Origin: Chloroflexota bacterium
GTDB taxonomy: Bacteria; Chloroflexota; UBA11872; VXOZ01
Length of the DNA stretch: 64,000 bases
Direction: 5' to 3'
NCBI GenBank assembly: GCA_965208315.1
Contig: OZ242329.1
Coordinates: 1,920,082-1,984,081 of the forward strand
Part shown: in pieces, positions 1 to 10,181 of the stretch
How positions within the stretch are numbered: the stretch's first letter is position 1
How the letters are laid out: each line of letters begins with the position of its first letter
Notes under the pieces: model-generated
What the model was told of the DNA's origin: nothing
Database searches by the model: none
What the model saw: only the letters and a program-made list of their open reading frames with translations
Position numbers and translations under genes: made by a program

Positions 1-147
1 GCTCTGCCGTGTCTGTATGTCCATCACGGTATCCTCCTTCTGGGATTCCGTACTTACACCGGGCAATGTCAATCGCTTGACAATGACATTCTATTATGCA
101 TAATAGTGTTAGTCAAGCGTTTAAGACAACTTTGAAAGAGGAATTTC

Positions 148-1440
148 ATGGCAAAGACCCTTAGTCCGGCGTCCGTTTTGGCCATTGACGGCGGGCCCAA
201 AGCAGTTACCGCTCCGATTGACGACCGCTGGGAGCGGGTGACCGACCTGGAAAAGGAATTTGTGCTGCGGGTGATGGATGACTTTGGCGACGCCTACGCC
301 GAACTGGACCGGTTTGAGCAAGAGTGGCGGGAGTTCATCGGCACCAAGCATGCCCTCGTCATGTGCAACGGCACGGCCACCATCCACTCCGCGATCTTTG
401 CGGCGGGCGCGCATGCCGGCAAAGAGGTGATTGTGCCTTCTGTGACGTGGCACGCAAGTATCAGCCCCATCTTGCATTGCGGCGCCACACCGGTGTTCTG
501 CGATGCTGATCCCGACACCTTCTGTGCCGACCCGGACGACGTCAGACGCAAGATTACCGACCGCACCTGCGCTATCGTCGTTACGCACGTCTACGGCAAC
601 CCGGCGGACCTCGACGCCTTCCGGGACATCGTCGACGGCACTGACATCATCCTCATCGAGGACGCCTCTCACGCCCACGGCGCGACCTGGGACGGCAAAC
701 CGGTCGGCTCGTTCGGCCACATCGGCTGCTTCAGCCTGCAGAAGGGCAAAGCCATGACCGGCATCGAAGCCGGCGTCGCCGTGACCGATGATGACGCGCT
801 CTACGACCGCATGCTGGCGCTCGGCCAGTACGGGCGCTGCGGCAAGCTCTGGTCAACGGCCGAGTTCGCGGACCTGCGCAACATGGGGCTGGGGGTCAAG
901 TACCGAGCCAATCCGCTCGCCATCGGCATGGTGCGCGCCCAGTTCCGGCGGCTGCCGGAAATGAACGAAAAGCGCCGGGCGTGGTTCGACCGGCTCGACT
1001 CTCTGCTGAGCGCCATTCCCGGTGTGAACCCTCAAAAGGTCTATCCCCAAGCGGTGCGCGGCGGATTGGTGCACTACGCCGGGACCCTCGACACTGAGGC
1101 CATCGGCGTCCCCGCAGATACCCTTCTCACGGCGTTGGTCGCTGAAGGCGTGCAAACGAAGCCGGAAATCACGCCGTTCGGCTATGGCGTCATGCACCTG
1201 GAACCGCTCTTCAACGACTATGCCCTTGACGGCGTGGGCGGGCCGTGGAAAGACATACCGGCCAGCGAACGCTCGCGCAGGCAGCGCGGCTACTTGCCCG
1301 TGAGCGAACGCATCCACGGTTCGGCCTTCTGGATCAGGACCCCCGTGGACCCGAATCCGGAGTGGGTAGAGCAGGTCGGTGACGCGTTTCGCAAGGTGAT
1401 CGCCAACGCCGACCGCCTGGCAGAGCTTGCACCGGCGTGA
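148..1440 (+). CDS. DegT/DnrJ/EryC1/StrS-family PLP-dependent aminotransferase
   Basis: 430 aa protein with the family's fold signature, including the FS(L)QKGKAMTGIEAGV block that holds the PLP-lysine, and DASHAHG. It starts 8 nt downstream of a GAGGAA RBS-like motif. Confidence 0.85.
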   Translation: MAKTLSPASVLAIDGGPKAVTAPIDDRWERVTDLEKEFVLRVMDDFGDAYAELDRFEQEWREFIGTKHALVMCNGTATIHSAIFAAGAHAGKEVIVPSVTWHASISPILHCGATPVFCDADPDTFCADPDDVRRKITDRTCAIVVTHVYGNPADLDAFRDIVDGTDIILIEDASHAHGATWDGKPVGSFGHIGCFSLQKGKAMTGIEAGVAVTDDDALYDRMLALGQYGRCGKLWSTAEFADLRNMGLGVKYRANPLAIGMVRAQFRRLPEMNEKRRAWFDRLDSLLSAIPGVNPQKVYPQAVRGGLVHYAGTLDTEAIGVPADTLLTALVAEGVQTKPEITPFGYGVMHLEPLFNDYALDGVGGPWKDIPASERSRRQRGYLPVSERIHGSAFWIRTPVDPNPEWVEQVGDAFRKVIANADRLAELAPA

Positions 1441-1517
1441 ACCTATGAAGTGCGCTGATAAGGGTCACATTGCTGGAGGGAAGTAGGGGCGAGAGCGCGA
1501 ACCGTGCCATCTAGTCA

Positions 1518-1549
1518 CTTGGACCCGGTTATGCTAACCGGGTCCAAGG
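1518..1549 (+). terminator. Perfect hairpin downstream of the DegT gene (cttggacccggtt-atgcta-accgggtccaag); possible intrinsic terminator without a U-tract
   Basis: 13-bp perfect inverted repeat lies 78 nt after the stop codon. There is no T-run, so terminator function is uncertain. Confidence 0.3.
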
Positions 1550-1602
1550 AATCGCTTAGTCTGCAAGCAGCGGACGAAGGTATAGGTGGAGTTGCCAGTA
1601 TC

Positions 1603-1629
1603 CGGTAGCGCAGGTTTGAAACCTGCGCC
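1603..1629. repeat. Hairpin repeat family E (CCGGTAGCGCAGGTTTGMAACCTGCGCC)
   Basis: Near-identical 26-28-mers occur at 1603, 14522 and 44576. Each is a 5-7 bp stem with a 7-nt TTTGCAA or TTTGAAA loop. Confidence 0.8.
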
Positions 1630-1752
1630 AGCGTCACTGCAGCATTTGGCAATCGCGCCAACGTGGCTGAAAAAGCGGGACAAGGATGTTCGACTGCTAG
1701 CAATGGCAGCGACGATACTTTCCTAACCTGACCGCCCTAAACGACCTCACAA

Positions 1753-3471
1753 TCAGCCACTTACTGCTCGGCAGCGTTCCGTGGCTTCCCGGTCCAATTC
1801 ACCCGCAGCCGTCACCACGACCCCGTAGACCTCCCGGGCGCGCTCAGGCGACACCTTCTCATTGCGCACGTCTTCCAGCACCAACTGCGCATCTCGTTCG
1901 AGAGGGTCCCCCCAACCACCAGCCCCTGAGACCATGTGCCGGAATAGGTCGTCTTCATAGATCGTCTCGGTTGCTTTACTCGTCAGCACGCGCGCTTCTG
2001 TGTCAGGATTGAGGATGTTCCGTGACGGCGCGCCAGGCTGACCGCCCGCCAAGCCGTAGGCATGCTTCTTATGTCGATCTGAACGCAGTTGTAGCGTGGC
2101 GCGGCGCTCCCGCAGGCGATAATCACGCACCAATGCCAGACCGCCGCGATACTTCCCGGCCCCTTCCGAATCCGGTACATAGCCGTAGCGCTCGATGCGC
2201 AAAGGCAGCTCCGCTTCCACGACCTCGACCGGGTTATTTGAAAAATTCACGACGATGCTCGCCATGGCGTCGGTACCGTCGCTCCAGGGCTTGCCGCCCC
2301 ACGAGCCAAAGAGGAATTCGAGGTAGACAAACGGGTTGCCGTCATCGTCGTAGCCGCCGATACTCACGCCGGTATCGCCGCCCACCTCGCACGCCGGTAT
2401 GCGCTCCGGCGCCAGCTTGGCAAGCGCGCCCATCACCGCATTGGCGGTGCGGTAGCCGGTGAGGCCGCGCGCCGCCACCGGCGCGGGCATGCTGGGATTG
2501 ATGACCGAACTCTCCGGCGCGATCACCTCTATGGGGCGGAAATACCCCTCGTTATTCGGGATTTCTTCACCCATGAGGCTGCGCACACAGGCGTAGACCG
2601 CCGAGCGCGTGAACGGAATCGGGGAATTGATGCCGCCGCGCACCTGGGGCGACGTGCCGGCAAAGTCTACCGTCATCGAATCGCCGTGCACCTTCACCGT
2701 GACGGCAATGGGGATGGGTCCCGGGTCGAAACCGTCATCGTCAATGTAGTCGGTGAACGCGTATTCACCGTCGGGCAGATCAGCAATGGCCTGCCGCGCC
2801 AGCCGTTCCGTGTAGTCCAGCAGTGCCGAGAAACGGGACTGTAGCTCCTCCTGTCCGTACCGGGCAAAGAGGGACTTCACGCGCCGTTCGCCCACGTGAC
2901 AGGCGGAGAGTTGCGCGCGTAAGTCACCCAACACTAGCCGCGGCACGCGCACATTCGCCCGCATCAGTTCAAAGACCGCTTCGTTCGGTTCACCGGCGGC
3001 ATAGAGCTTGAGCGGCGGAATGCGGATGCCTTCCTGGAAGATTTCGGTAGCGTCACAGCCGTTGCCGCCTGCCACCATGCCGCCCACGTCGGCGTGATGC
3101 GCAATTGAAACCAAGAAACAGGCAAGTTCGCCTTCCAAATGAATCGGCTTGAAGATGTAGATATCAGGCAAATGCGTGCCACCGGCGTACGGATCGTTGA
3201 GCATATAGACGTCGCCTGGCTGCACGTCGCCGCCAAACGTCGCGAAAATGCTCTCCATGGCATGGGGCACTGAACCGAGATGCAGCGGGAGAGTCAGTCC
3301 CTGGGCAATGAGCTCGCCGCTGGGCTGGCAGAGCGCGGTGGAAAAGTCCATGCTGTTCTTGAGGTTGTTCGAATACGCCGTGCGCAGCACGGTCATCGCC
3401 ATCTCATCCACCAGCGATTCCAGCGCATTCTTGAGGATTTCCGTTTCAACCGGGTCGAACTCTCGGTTCAC
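1753..3471 (-). CDS. Hydantoinase B / 5-oxoprolinase B-type subunit (HyuB family)
   Basis: Full-length match to the Hydantoinase_B family fold. A GTG start at 3471 overlaps the hyuA stop by 4 nt (GTGA), indicating translational coupling. The ORF-track start at 3531 lies inside hyuA and is rejected. Confidence 0.85.
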   Translation of the reverse strand: MNREFDPVETEILKNALESLVDEMAMTVLRTAYSNNLKNSMDFSTALCQPSGELIAQGLTLPLHLGSVPHAMESIFATFGGDVQPGDVYMLNDPYAGGTHLPDIYIFKPIHLEGELACFLVSIAHHADVGGMVAGGNGCDATEIFQEGIRIPPLKLYAAGEPNEAVFELMRANVRVPRLVLGDLRAQLSACHVGERRVKSLFARYGQEELQSRFSALLDYTERLARQAIADLPDGEYAFTDYIDDDGFDPGPIPIAVTVKVHGDSMTVDFAGTSPQVRGGINSPIPFTRSAVYACVRSLMGEEIPNNEGYFRPIEVIAPESSVINPSMPAPVAARGLTGYRTANAVMGALAKLAPERIPACEVGGDTGVSIGGYDDDGNPFVYLEFLFGSWGGKPWSDGTDAMASIVVNFSNNPVEVVEAELPLRIERYGYVPDSEGAGKYRGGLALVRDYRLRERRATLQLRSDRHKKHAYGLAGGQPGAPSRNILNPDTEARVLTSKATETIYEDDLFRHMVSGAGGWGDPLERDAQLVLEDVRNEKVSPERAREVYGVVVTAAGELDREATERCRAVSG

Positions 3472-5561
3472 GTCCGCTCCTCTCCCACGGTGATCACCAC
3501 ATTGTCCCAGGCGTCTCGTCTGGCTGTACAATTGGGCGGCACCAGAATAGTCGTGTCGTATTCTTCGACGATCAGTGGGCCAGGTCGGTCACTCGTCGCC
3601 AACTCATGGCGCGCAAGCAGGGGTACCGTCCTCTGCCCAATTGCGGCGCCGAAATATGCCGCCCGCTCTCTCGGTCCTTCCAGTTCGCCTTTCGCGACTG
3701 CTGTGCTGCCCCAGCGGTGGGCTCCCTCCCGCGGCAGCGTCACCTCGACTCGCAGGTTGACGAGTTCCACGGGGTCGTCAGGAGCCTTGTGTCCATAGGT
3801 GCGCTCATGTTCGCGCTCGAATGCCTTCCGCATCACCGCCGGCTTCGATTCTTCGAAAGGAATCGTCAGTTCAAAAGACTGTCCGGTATAGCGCAGGTCC
3901 GCAAAGCGCTGCCAATTGCCTTCTCGCCGCGCCGCGCCGCTCGCTCCTAATTCGGCAGACAAGCGGGACTCCAGCGCCTGATACTGGCCATCAAGTTCCT
4001 CTTCGCTCACTCTATCTAAAGGCAGTAATACCGTCTGCACCGCATGCTGTGCCACGTCCACGCAAAGCAGACCCAGCGAACTGAAGAGACCGGGAAACGG
4101 CGGCACCACGACCTGCCCCACGCCAAGCTCCTGCGCCATTTCGGCGGCGTGCAACGGCCCGCTGCCGCCAAACGCGAACAGCACGAAGTCCGCAGGCGAA
4201 CGTCCACGCTCCACCGTAACGGCTCGGACGGCGCGGCTCATGTGCGACACCGCAATGCGATGGATACCGAGAGCCGCATCCTCGACACTGAGGTCAAGCG
4301 GAGCAGCCAGTTTATCTTTCAGCGTAGATCGCGCGTGTGCAGCGTCTATAGGCAACTCACCGCCCAGGAAGTGCGTCGGGTTCAAGTAGCCGAGTGCAAC
4401 ATTGGCATCGGTAAGCGTCGGCTCTTCACCGCCTTGGGCGTAGCAGACGGGGCCGGGTTCGGCGCCCGCGCTGTGAGGCCCAACACGCAAGCCGCCGGCC
4501 GGGTCGATCCACGCGATGCTGCCGCCGCCTGCACCAACTTCCGCGATATCGATGGCCGGCACGCGCAGCGCGTAGCCCGCGCCCCGTTGCAGCCGTGCGC
4601 TGAGGCTAATGCCACCGCCAACCTCGTAGTCGTTTGTGCGTGTAATGCGGCCGTCCTCGACCACCGAGGCCTTGGCCGTCGTGCCCCCCATGTCAAGCGT
4701 AATCACGTTCCCGGCTTCCATCGCATTTGCCAGCGAAAGCGCGCCCATCACACCGGCGGCAGGACCAGACTCAATCACATGAATTGGCTGCTCCGCGGCC
4801 TTGGCGGCGCCCATCATGCCTCCAGCGGACTGCATCATGTACACCGGCGCCGTGATGCGCCGCTCGTTGAGAGAGTCGTGGAGACGTTTGAGGTACGAGC
4901 GCATGACCGGCGCGATGTATGCATTGATCACCGTTGTGCTCGTGCGCTCGTATTCGCGGATTTCGGGCAGCACCTGGGATGAAAGGGAAACAAAAACGTC
5001 AGGCGCCGCCGCGTGAAGGAGCTCGCCAATGCGTTCTTCGTGAGCGGAGTTGCGGTAGGCGTTTATGAGGCACACCGCAATCGAATGCACGTCCGCGTCG
5101 AGCAAGCGTGCTATCGCTTCATGGACGCTGCCCTCATCGAGTTCGCGCACAACGTCGCCGTGGGTATCGACACGCTCGCCGACCTCGCGCCGCAGCGCGC
5201 GCGGGACCAGCGGCTGCGGCGGCTCCCAGTGCAGGTCGTAGAGGCGCGGCATGCGCAAGCGCCGGATTTCCAACACGTCGCGAAAGCCCGCCGTCGTGAT
5301 GAGGCCGGTCAGCGCGCCTTTGCCTTCCAGGATCGCGTTGGTTGCCACTGTCGTAGCGTGGATAACTTCGTGGATATCCGCACTCCGGGAATCCGTCTCA
5401 CGAATGAGGGAGTCCAGTCCCTGGACAATGCCTTGGGCAAAATCATCGGCGGTGGAAGATACCTTGGTCCATGCCCGCAGACCCTGGGAATCCATGAAGA
5501 CGAGGTCGGTGAAGGTACCGCCGATATCGACACCGACGCGCAGAGATGATTCCACAGGCAT
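3468..5561 (-). CDS. Hydantoinase A / 5-oxoprolinase A-type subunit (HyuA family)
   Basis: 697 aa protein. The N-terminal VGVDIGGTFTDLV motif is the ASKHA-type nucleotide-binding start typical of the Hydant_A_N and Hydantoinase_A domains. Confidence 0.85.
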   Translation of the reverse strand: MPVESSLRVGVDIGGTFTDLVFMDSQGLRAWTKVSSTADDFAQGIVQGLDSLIRETDSRSADIHEVIHATTVATNAILEGKGALTGLITTAGFRDVLEIRRLRMPRLYDLHWEPPQPLVPRALRREVGERVDTHGDVVRELDEGSVHEAIARLLDADVHSIAVCLINAYRNSAHEERIGELLHAAAPDVFVSLSSQVLPEIREYERTSTTVINAYIAPVMRSYLKRLHDSLNERRITAPVYMMQSAGGMMGAAKAAEQPIHVIESGPAAGVMGALSLANAMEAGNVITLDMGGTTAKASVVEDGRITRTNDYEVGGGISLSARLQRGAGYALRVPAIDIAEVGAGGGSIAWIDPAGGLRVGPHSAGAEPGPVCYAQGGEEPTLTDANVALGYLNPTHFLGGELPIDAAHARSTLKDKLAAPLDLSVEDAALGIHRIAVSHMSRAVRAVTVERGRSPADFVLFAFGGSGPLHAAEMAQELGVGQVVVPPFPGLFSSLGLLCVDVAQHAVQTVLLPLDRVSEEELDGQYQALESRLSAELGASGAARREGNWQRFADLRYTGQSFELTIPFEESKPAVMRKAFEREHERTYGHKAPDDPVELVNLRVEVTLPREGAHRWGSTAVAKGELEGPRERAAYFGAAIGQRTVPLLARHELATSDRPGPLIVEEYDTTILVPPNCTARRDAWDNVVITVGEERT

Positions 5562-5564
5562 TGC

Positions 5565-6308
5565 CTAGACGGTCACAGGCACGGGCCGCGCCGCGGGGGA
5601 CAACTCGAACAGCCTGCCGTAGCCGGGTATCGGGGCGGTATGGCCGAGCGCACGCAGGCACTGCCAGTACGTGGCTTGATTGCTCGTCACCACCGGAATG
5701 CCCAGGTCTTCTTCGAGCGCCTGAATGACATCCATGGTGCGGAGGTTGGTGCAGCTAATGAAGAGCGCATCGGCATCTGCGGCCGCGTGCTCGCGGGCAA
5801 ACCGATAGGTTTCCTCAAGCGGAACGACACCGATGTCGAACGCGGTGAGAATGCTCATGCCGGCCTGGCTCACCACGTCAAAGCCCCAATCCTGCAGGAA
5901 CTTGACCTCAAGGTCGTTGAGCTCCGGAATGTAGGGAGTCACCATGGCTACACGTTGGGCATCCAGCGCGCGCAAGGCACTGGCAACCGCTCCGGCAGTG
6001 GTCACTGCCTCGATCTGGCTGCCGCCCCGCAACCGCTCGCGCAGTGCCTCCTCGCCATCAGCGCCTTCAAAGAAACTGCCCGCGGTACAGGCAAAAGCGA
6101 TAGCATCCACGTTCGCGCTGAGAAGCTCATCTACGCCGCGATCCACGTGCGCGCACATCTGCGCCATGTCGTCGGCGTCCGAACGGGAATTGCGCATGCG
6201 GGTAGCATAAACGGCATAGCCATCCGGCAGCAGCGCGCAGCCTTCCGGCTCTACCACAGTATTCACCGAGGGTACGAGCAAACCGATGCGTCCGCGCCAA
6301 CCAAACAT
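5565..6308 (-). CDS. Asp/Glu/hydantoin racemase-superfamily protein (maleate isomerase / arylmalonate decarboxylase-like)
   Basis: N-terminal RIGLLVPSVNTVVEPE matches the family N-terminus. Two candidate catalytic Cys motifs are present (FACTAGS and ISCTN). The gene sits 3 nt upstream of hyuA on the same strand. Confidence 0.7.
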   Translation of the reverse strand: MFGWRGRIGLLVPSVNTVVEPEGCALLPDGYAVYATRMRNSRSDADDMAQMCAHVDRGVDELLSANVDAIAFACTAGSFFEGADGEEALRERLRGGSQIEAVTTAGAVASALRALDAQRVAMVTPYIPELNDLEVKFLQDWGFDVVSQAGMSILTAFDIGVVPLEETYRFAREHAAADADALFISCTNLRTMDVIQALEEDLGIPVVTSNQATYWQCLRALGHTAPIPGYGRLFELSPAARPVPVTV

Positions 6309-6716
6309 GCCAACACCTCCAAACTCAACGTCCCTAAGACTTTCAAGAATTCAAAGCACTATCAGACATTGGAATCAACGTGCGCCCAGCCACACGTTGC
6401 GAGGTCTTGCGACGTGCGGGCCGATGCTTGCATGTCCAACGCCGCTCCCCAATGCAATTCAGTGCGTCAACTAGAATGATGATAGCGTAGCAACCAAGGC
6501 AAAAACAACCTTAGTTGTCGCAGGGGCAATTGCACCATACAATACGTCTCGGATGCCAGGCTGCGGCGGTGCGCTAACAGGCCGCACAGCCGCGTAAGAG
6601 GTCGGCCGCACTCTCCTGGCACCCACTTACTTACCTGCGTCTGGCGCTCGTGTTACACGGGGCGCATCGTCGCTGCGCAAGCCTCAAGCACACGCTGCGA
6701 TCCGCGAGGTGCACGA

Positions 6717-7781
6717 ATGCAAATTGGCATCGTCGGGCTGCCGTTCTCCGGCAAGACTACCGTCTTCAACGCCCTTGCCGGTGAGGCTGCGGAACATCAT
6801 CAACAGTCCCACGGCCTGGATCCAACCCTCGCCACCGTACGCCTTCCCGACGCGCGCCTCGAAGCGCTCTGCACACTGTTCGCGACCGAATTGTGCATCC
6901 CGACAGAAGTGCAGTACTTGGACTTTCCCGGCGCCGGATTCGGCAGGCAAGAAAAGGAAGCCGCTTGGGTGGGCACGCTTCGCACCGTGGATGCGCTGCT
7001 CATTGTGATCGGGGCCTTTAGTGGTACCCAAGACCCCGCCGCCGAACTGGAGAGCATTCACTTAGACCTTGTCTTTCCCGACTTGCAAATCGTGGAGAGC
7101 CGTCTGCAGCGGATTGAGGTGCAGTGGCGTACGGCCCCGTCAGCGGAACGTCTGGTCCTCGAGCGTGAGCAGAGTCTTCTGCGTCGGATTCAAAGCTCAC
7201 TGGAAGAGGGAATTCCTGTACGCGCAATGGAGCTGTCCGCGGACGAAGAGCAGGCCATCCGAGGGTTTCAGTTCCTTACAATGAAGCCCGCTCTGGTTGT
7301 CCTCAATCTCTCCGAAGAGCAGATAGTAACGGCAGATGAGTTGGTTGCAAACGTCCGCGCCGCGTACACATACGCGCAAACTACGGTCATTAGCCTCTGC
7401 GCGCAACTGGAAATGGAGATCGCGCAACTGCCGCCGGCAGAAGCCGACCTCTTTCGCGAGGACTTAGGCCTTGATGAAGCGGGCGCAACCCAAGTAGTGC
7501 ACGAGTCGCACGCACTATTGGGTTTGATCCACTTCTTCACGTTGAACGATCAAGAGGTGCGCGCGTGGGCGATTCCGCTGGGCACCAGGGCACAGGACGC
7601 TGCCGGCAAGATCCACACCGACATGGCGCGCGGCTTCGCGCGAGCGGAAGTGATTCCCTGGGATCAGTTGGTCGAGAATGACGGGTACGGCGACGCGCGC
7701 AAACTCGGCCTTGTGCGTCAAGAGGGCCGCGACTACACGGTGCAGGACGGCGACGTACTCTACATCTTGTTTACGCGGTGA
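6717..7781 (+). CDS. ychF: Ribosome-binding ATPase YchF (Obg-family P-loop NTPase with C-terminal TGS domain)
   Basis: The C-terminal half is near-identical in pattern to E. coli YchF (VRAWAIPLGTRAQDAAGKIHTDMARGF...DYTVQDGDVLYILF). The N-terminal P-loop is MQIGIVGLPFSGKTTVFNAL. Confidence 0.8.
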   Translation: MQIGIVGLPFSGKTTVFNALAGEAAEHHQQSHGLDPTLATVRLPDARLEALCTLFATELCIPTEVQYLDFPGAGFGRQEKEAAWVGTLRTVDALLIVIGAFSGTQDPAAELESIHLDLVFPDLQIVESRLQRIEVQWRTAPSAERLVLEREQSLLRRIQSSLEEGIPVRAMELSADEEQAIRGFQFLTMKPALVVLNLSEEQIVTADELVANVRAAYTYAQTTVISLCAQLEMEIAQLPPAEADLFREDLGLDEAGATQVVHESHALLGLIHFFTLNDQEVRAWAIPLGTRAQDAAGKIHTDMARGFARAEVIPWDQLVENDGYGDARKLGLVRQEGRDYTVQDGDVLYILFTR

Positions 7782-7797
7782 AAGAGCCGTGCCTCTA

Positions 7798-7830
7798 ACC
7801 GTTCGCGCTGAGCCTGTCGAAGCGCAAGGC
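7798..7830. repeat. Repeat family B copy (CCGTTCGCGCTGAGCCTGTCGAAGCG)
   Basis: Lies immediately after the ychF stop. The same 24-26-nt core recurs at 17311-17533, 37401-37535 and 39183-39350. Confidence 0.75.
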
Positions 7831-7959
7831 TCTCGTGACGCCGCAAACGAAGCCCTTTCCAGGTTCAAACAGCAACTCATCGTTGTAGATGCGGAACAGT
7901 GTTTATATAATCACCAATGAGTACAATTCCATCTGGGAGCATCTGGAGGCAATCCGCTC

Positions 7960-9123
7960 GTGGTACCCCCTAGCACCGCGCAGGCCGTCGCCGACCGTAT
8001 TCTAAATCTGACACCTTCGCCGACGATGGCGATGGACGCCAAGGCCAAAGCCATGGTGCGGTCGGGCATTGACGTAATAAATCTCTCCGTCGGCGAGCCG
8101 GACTTCGATACGCCGGCCCATATCAAAGAAGCTGCCATTGCCGCGATTCAGGAAGGCTTCAACAAGTACACGCCGGCCGGCGGCATTCCTGAGCTCAAAG
8201 AGGCCATTGCGGAGAAGCTCACCCGCGAGAACGGTGTTGACTACAGCGCAAACGAAGTTGTGGCGTGCGTTGGGGGCAAGCAGGCCGTCTGCAACGTCTT
8301 TCTCGCGATCTGTGATCCCGGTGATGAAGTGATCGTGCACGCGCCGACGTGGCCGACCTTCCTCGAACAAATCAAGCTCGCTCAGGGTGAGCCCGTCACC
8401 GTGCCGCTCGACTCACCGTTCTCGATTACGGCCGACCCTTTACTGGAGCGCATCACCCCCAAGACCCGCGCAATTCTTCTCAATTCGCCGTGTAACCCCA
8501 CCGGCGAGGTGGCCGATCCTGCGGAAATCCGCAAACTGGCGCGGGCGTGCGTGGAGCGCGGCATTTACTTCATCGCCGACGAGACTTATGAGCACTTTCT
8601 TTACGGCGATACCGAACACCTGTCGCCCGCTTCTATGGGTGCGGATGAGAAGGCCTACGTGATTACGGTCAATACCGTGTCCAAGACCTACGCCATGACC
8701 GGCTGGCGCCTGGGCTACGTGGCCGGACCGGAACCCGTGATCAAGGCCATCAACGACCTCATGACGCAAATCACCAGCAACCCAACTGCGGCGGCGCAAA
8801 AGGCGGCCATTGCCGCCCTCACCGGCCCGCAGGACTGCGTGCGGGAGATGGTGGCCGAGTTCAGTGCGCGACGCGCGCTGCTTGTCGATGGGCTGCGTTC
8901 AATTGGCTATACCTGCGCCCTGCCGGGCGGCGCATTCTACGCATTTCCGCAGGTCAAGGGGAATGAGCAGGACATGGCGGTTGCCGATCGTCTGCTGGAA
9001 GAGGCCCACATTGCCACCGTGCCGGGTTCGTCGTTCCTGGCCGACGGTTTCCTCCGCATGTCTTACGCCACCAGCCGCGAAAAGCTGCAAGAAGCGCTTG
9101 AGCGGCTTGGCGATATGTCGTAG
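7960..9123 (+). CDS. Class I/II PLP-dependent aminotransferase (aspartate/aromatic aminotransferase-like)
   Basis: N-terminus RILNLTPSPTMAMDAKAKAMVRSGIDVINLSVGEPDFDTP is the classic AspAT start. SKTYAMTGWRLGY holds the PLP-Lys motif. Confidence 0.85.
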   Translation: MVPPSTAQAVADRILNLTPSPTMAMDAKAKAMVRSGIDVINLSVGEPDFDTPAHIKEAAIAAIQEGFNKYTPAGGIPELKEAIAEKLTRENGVDYSANEVVACVGGKQAVCNVFLAICDPGDEVIVHAPTWPTFLEQIKLAQGEPVTVPLDSPFSITADPLLERITPKTRAILLNSPCNPTGEVADPAEIRKLARACVERGIYFIADETYEHFLYGDTEHLSPASMGADEKAYVITVNTVSKTYAMTGWRLGYVAGPEPVIKAINDLMTQITSNPTAAAQKAAIAALTGPQDCVREMVAEFSARRALLVDGLRSIGYTCALPGGAFYAFPQVKGNEQDMAVADRLLEEAHIATVPGSSFLADGFLRMSYATSREKLQEALERLGDMS

Positions 9124-9230
9124 AAGCACTCAGCAGTCCTGTAATTCTGTGAGCGCAGTCAACTGAAATAGGCCAGCGCAACAAGCTAACGCTCATATAC
9201 GGCCAGAGTTTGAAGGGTACACATTTAGGT

Positions 9231-10181
9231 ATGGCACGCATCGTCTCGCTCCTGCCCAGCGCCACGGAGATTGTCTGCGCGCTTGGCGCGGGAGATGACC
9301 TCGTGGGACGCTCGCATGAGTGTGACTTCCCGCCCGGCGTCGAGCGCCTGCCCGCGCTCACCCGACCGCGCTTCTTTCCCGCCGCCAGCAGCAGGGAAAT
9401 CGACCGTCAAGTGCGCGCGCTCACGCGCGAGGCCCGCGCCCAGGACGCGCTGGGTGTTTACGCTATCGATATCGAGCTCTTGCAGCGCCTGCGGCCAACG
9501 CACATCATCACGCAGACCCAGTGTGAAGTGTGCGCTGTGAGTTTGCGGGACGTTGAGAGCGCGGTGTCCCAATTGACCGGCCTAGATACCAAGTTAGTCC
9601 CGCTGGAGCCAAATTGCCTCGACGACATTTGGAACGACATTCGCCGGACTGCGCAGGCGCTTGATATCAGTGAGCGGGGCGAGGCACTCGTCGCCGAACT
9701 TCAGAAACGAATCAACGAGGTATCGGTTACTGAAGAACCTCCCAGAGCAGCCGTAATCGAGTGGGCCGATCCCCTCATGACTGCCGGCCATTGGACGATG
9801 GAATTGATAGAGCGGGCCGGCGGCATACCGCTCATTGGGACCCCGGTGGGCCCTTCACTGCACTTTACGCTGGACGACTTGAGCAACGCCGATCCGGACA
9901 TCATCATAATCGCCCCTTGCGGCTATGACCTCGAGCGCACGCGCGTTGATGCCGATCTCTTGTTTGAAAGTGATGATTGGAAGAGCCTGCGGGCCGTGCG
10001 TGCAGGCCGCGTTGCGCTCATTGATGGCAACCAGTTCGTAAACCGGCCCGGCCCGCGTGTCGTCGAGACTTTGGAAATCATCGCCGAAATCTTGTCCGAC
10101 CGTGAGGTCTCATTTGGCCACGAAGGACTGCATTGGCAACCATACTTTGCAAAGTCACTGAGCACTGGAGGAGCACGATGA
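9231..10181 (+). CDS. ABC-transporter periplasmic binding protein, BtuF/FhuD class (cobalamin / iron-siderophore type); orphan with no adjacent permease or ATPase
   Basis: RIVSLLPSATEIVCALGAGDDLVGRSHECDFP is the typical BtuF-like N-terminal lobe. The ATG at 9231 is preferred over the upstream ORF-track start. Confidence 0.7.
   Translation: MARIVSLLPSATEIVCALGAGDDLVGRSHECDFPPGVERLPALTRPRFFPAASSREIDRQVRALTREARAQDALGVYAIDIELLQRLRPTHIITQTQCEVCAVSLRDVESAVSQLTGLDTKLVPLEPNCLDDIWNDIRRTAQALDISERGEALVAELQKRINEVSVTEEPPRAAVIEWADPLMTAGHWTMELIERAGGIPLIGTPVGPSLHFTLDDLSNADPDIIIIAPCGYDLERTRVDADLLFESDDWKSLRAVRAGRVALIDGNQFVNRPGPRVVETLEIIAEILSDREVSFGHEGLHWQPYFAKSLSTGGAR

Noticed and set aside
3471-3531. N-terminal 20-codon extension of hyuB given by the ORF track.
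   Set aside because: It lies entirely within the hyuA coding region. The GTG at 3471 gives the conserved NREFDPVETEIL start and a 4-nt overlap typical of coupling.
6309-6716. 400-bp gap upstream of ychF as a candidate housekeeping ncRNA (RNase P, tmRNA, SRP).
   Set aside because: None of the hallmark conserved motifs of those RNAs was spotted. Left unannotated.
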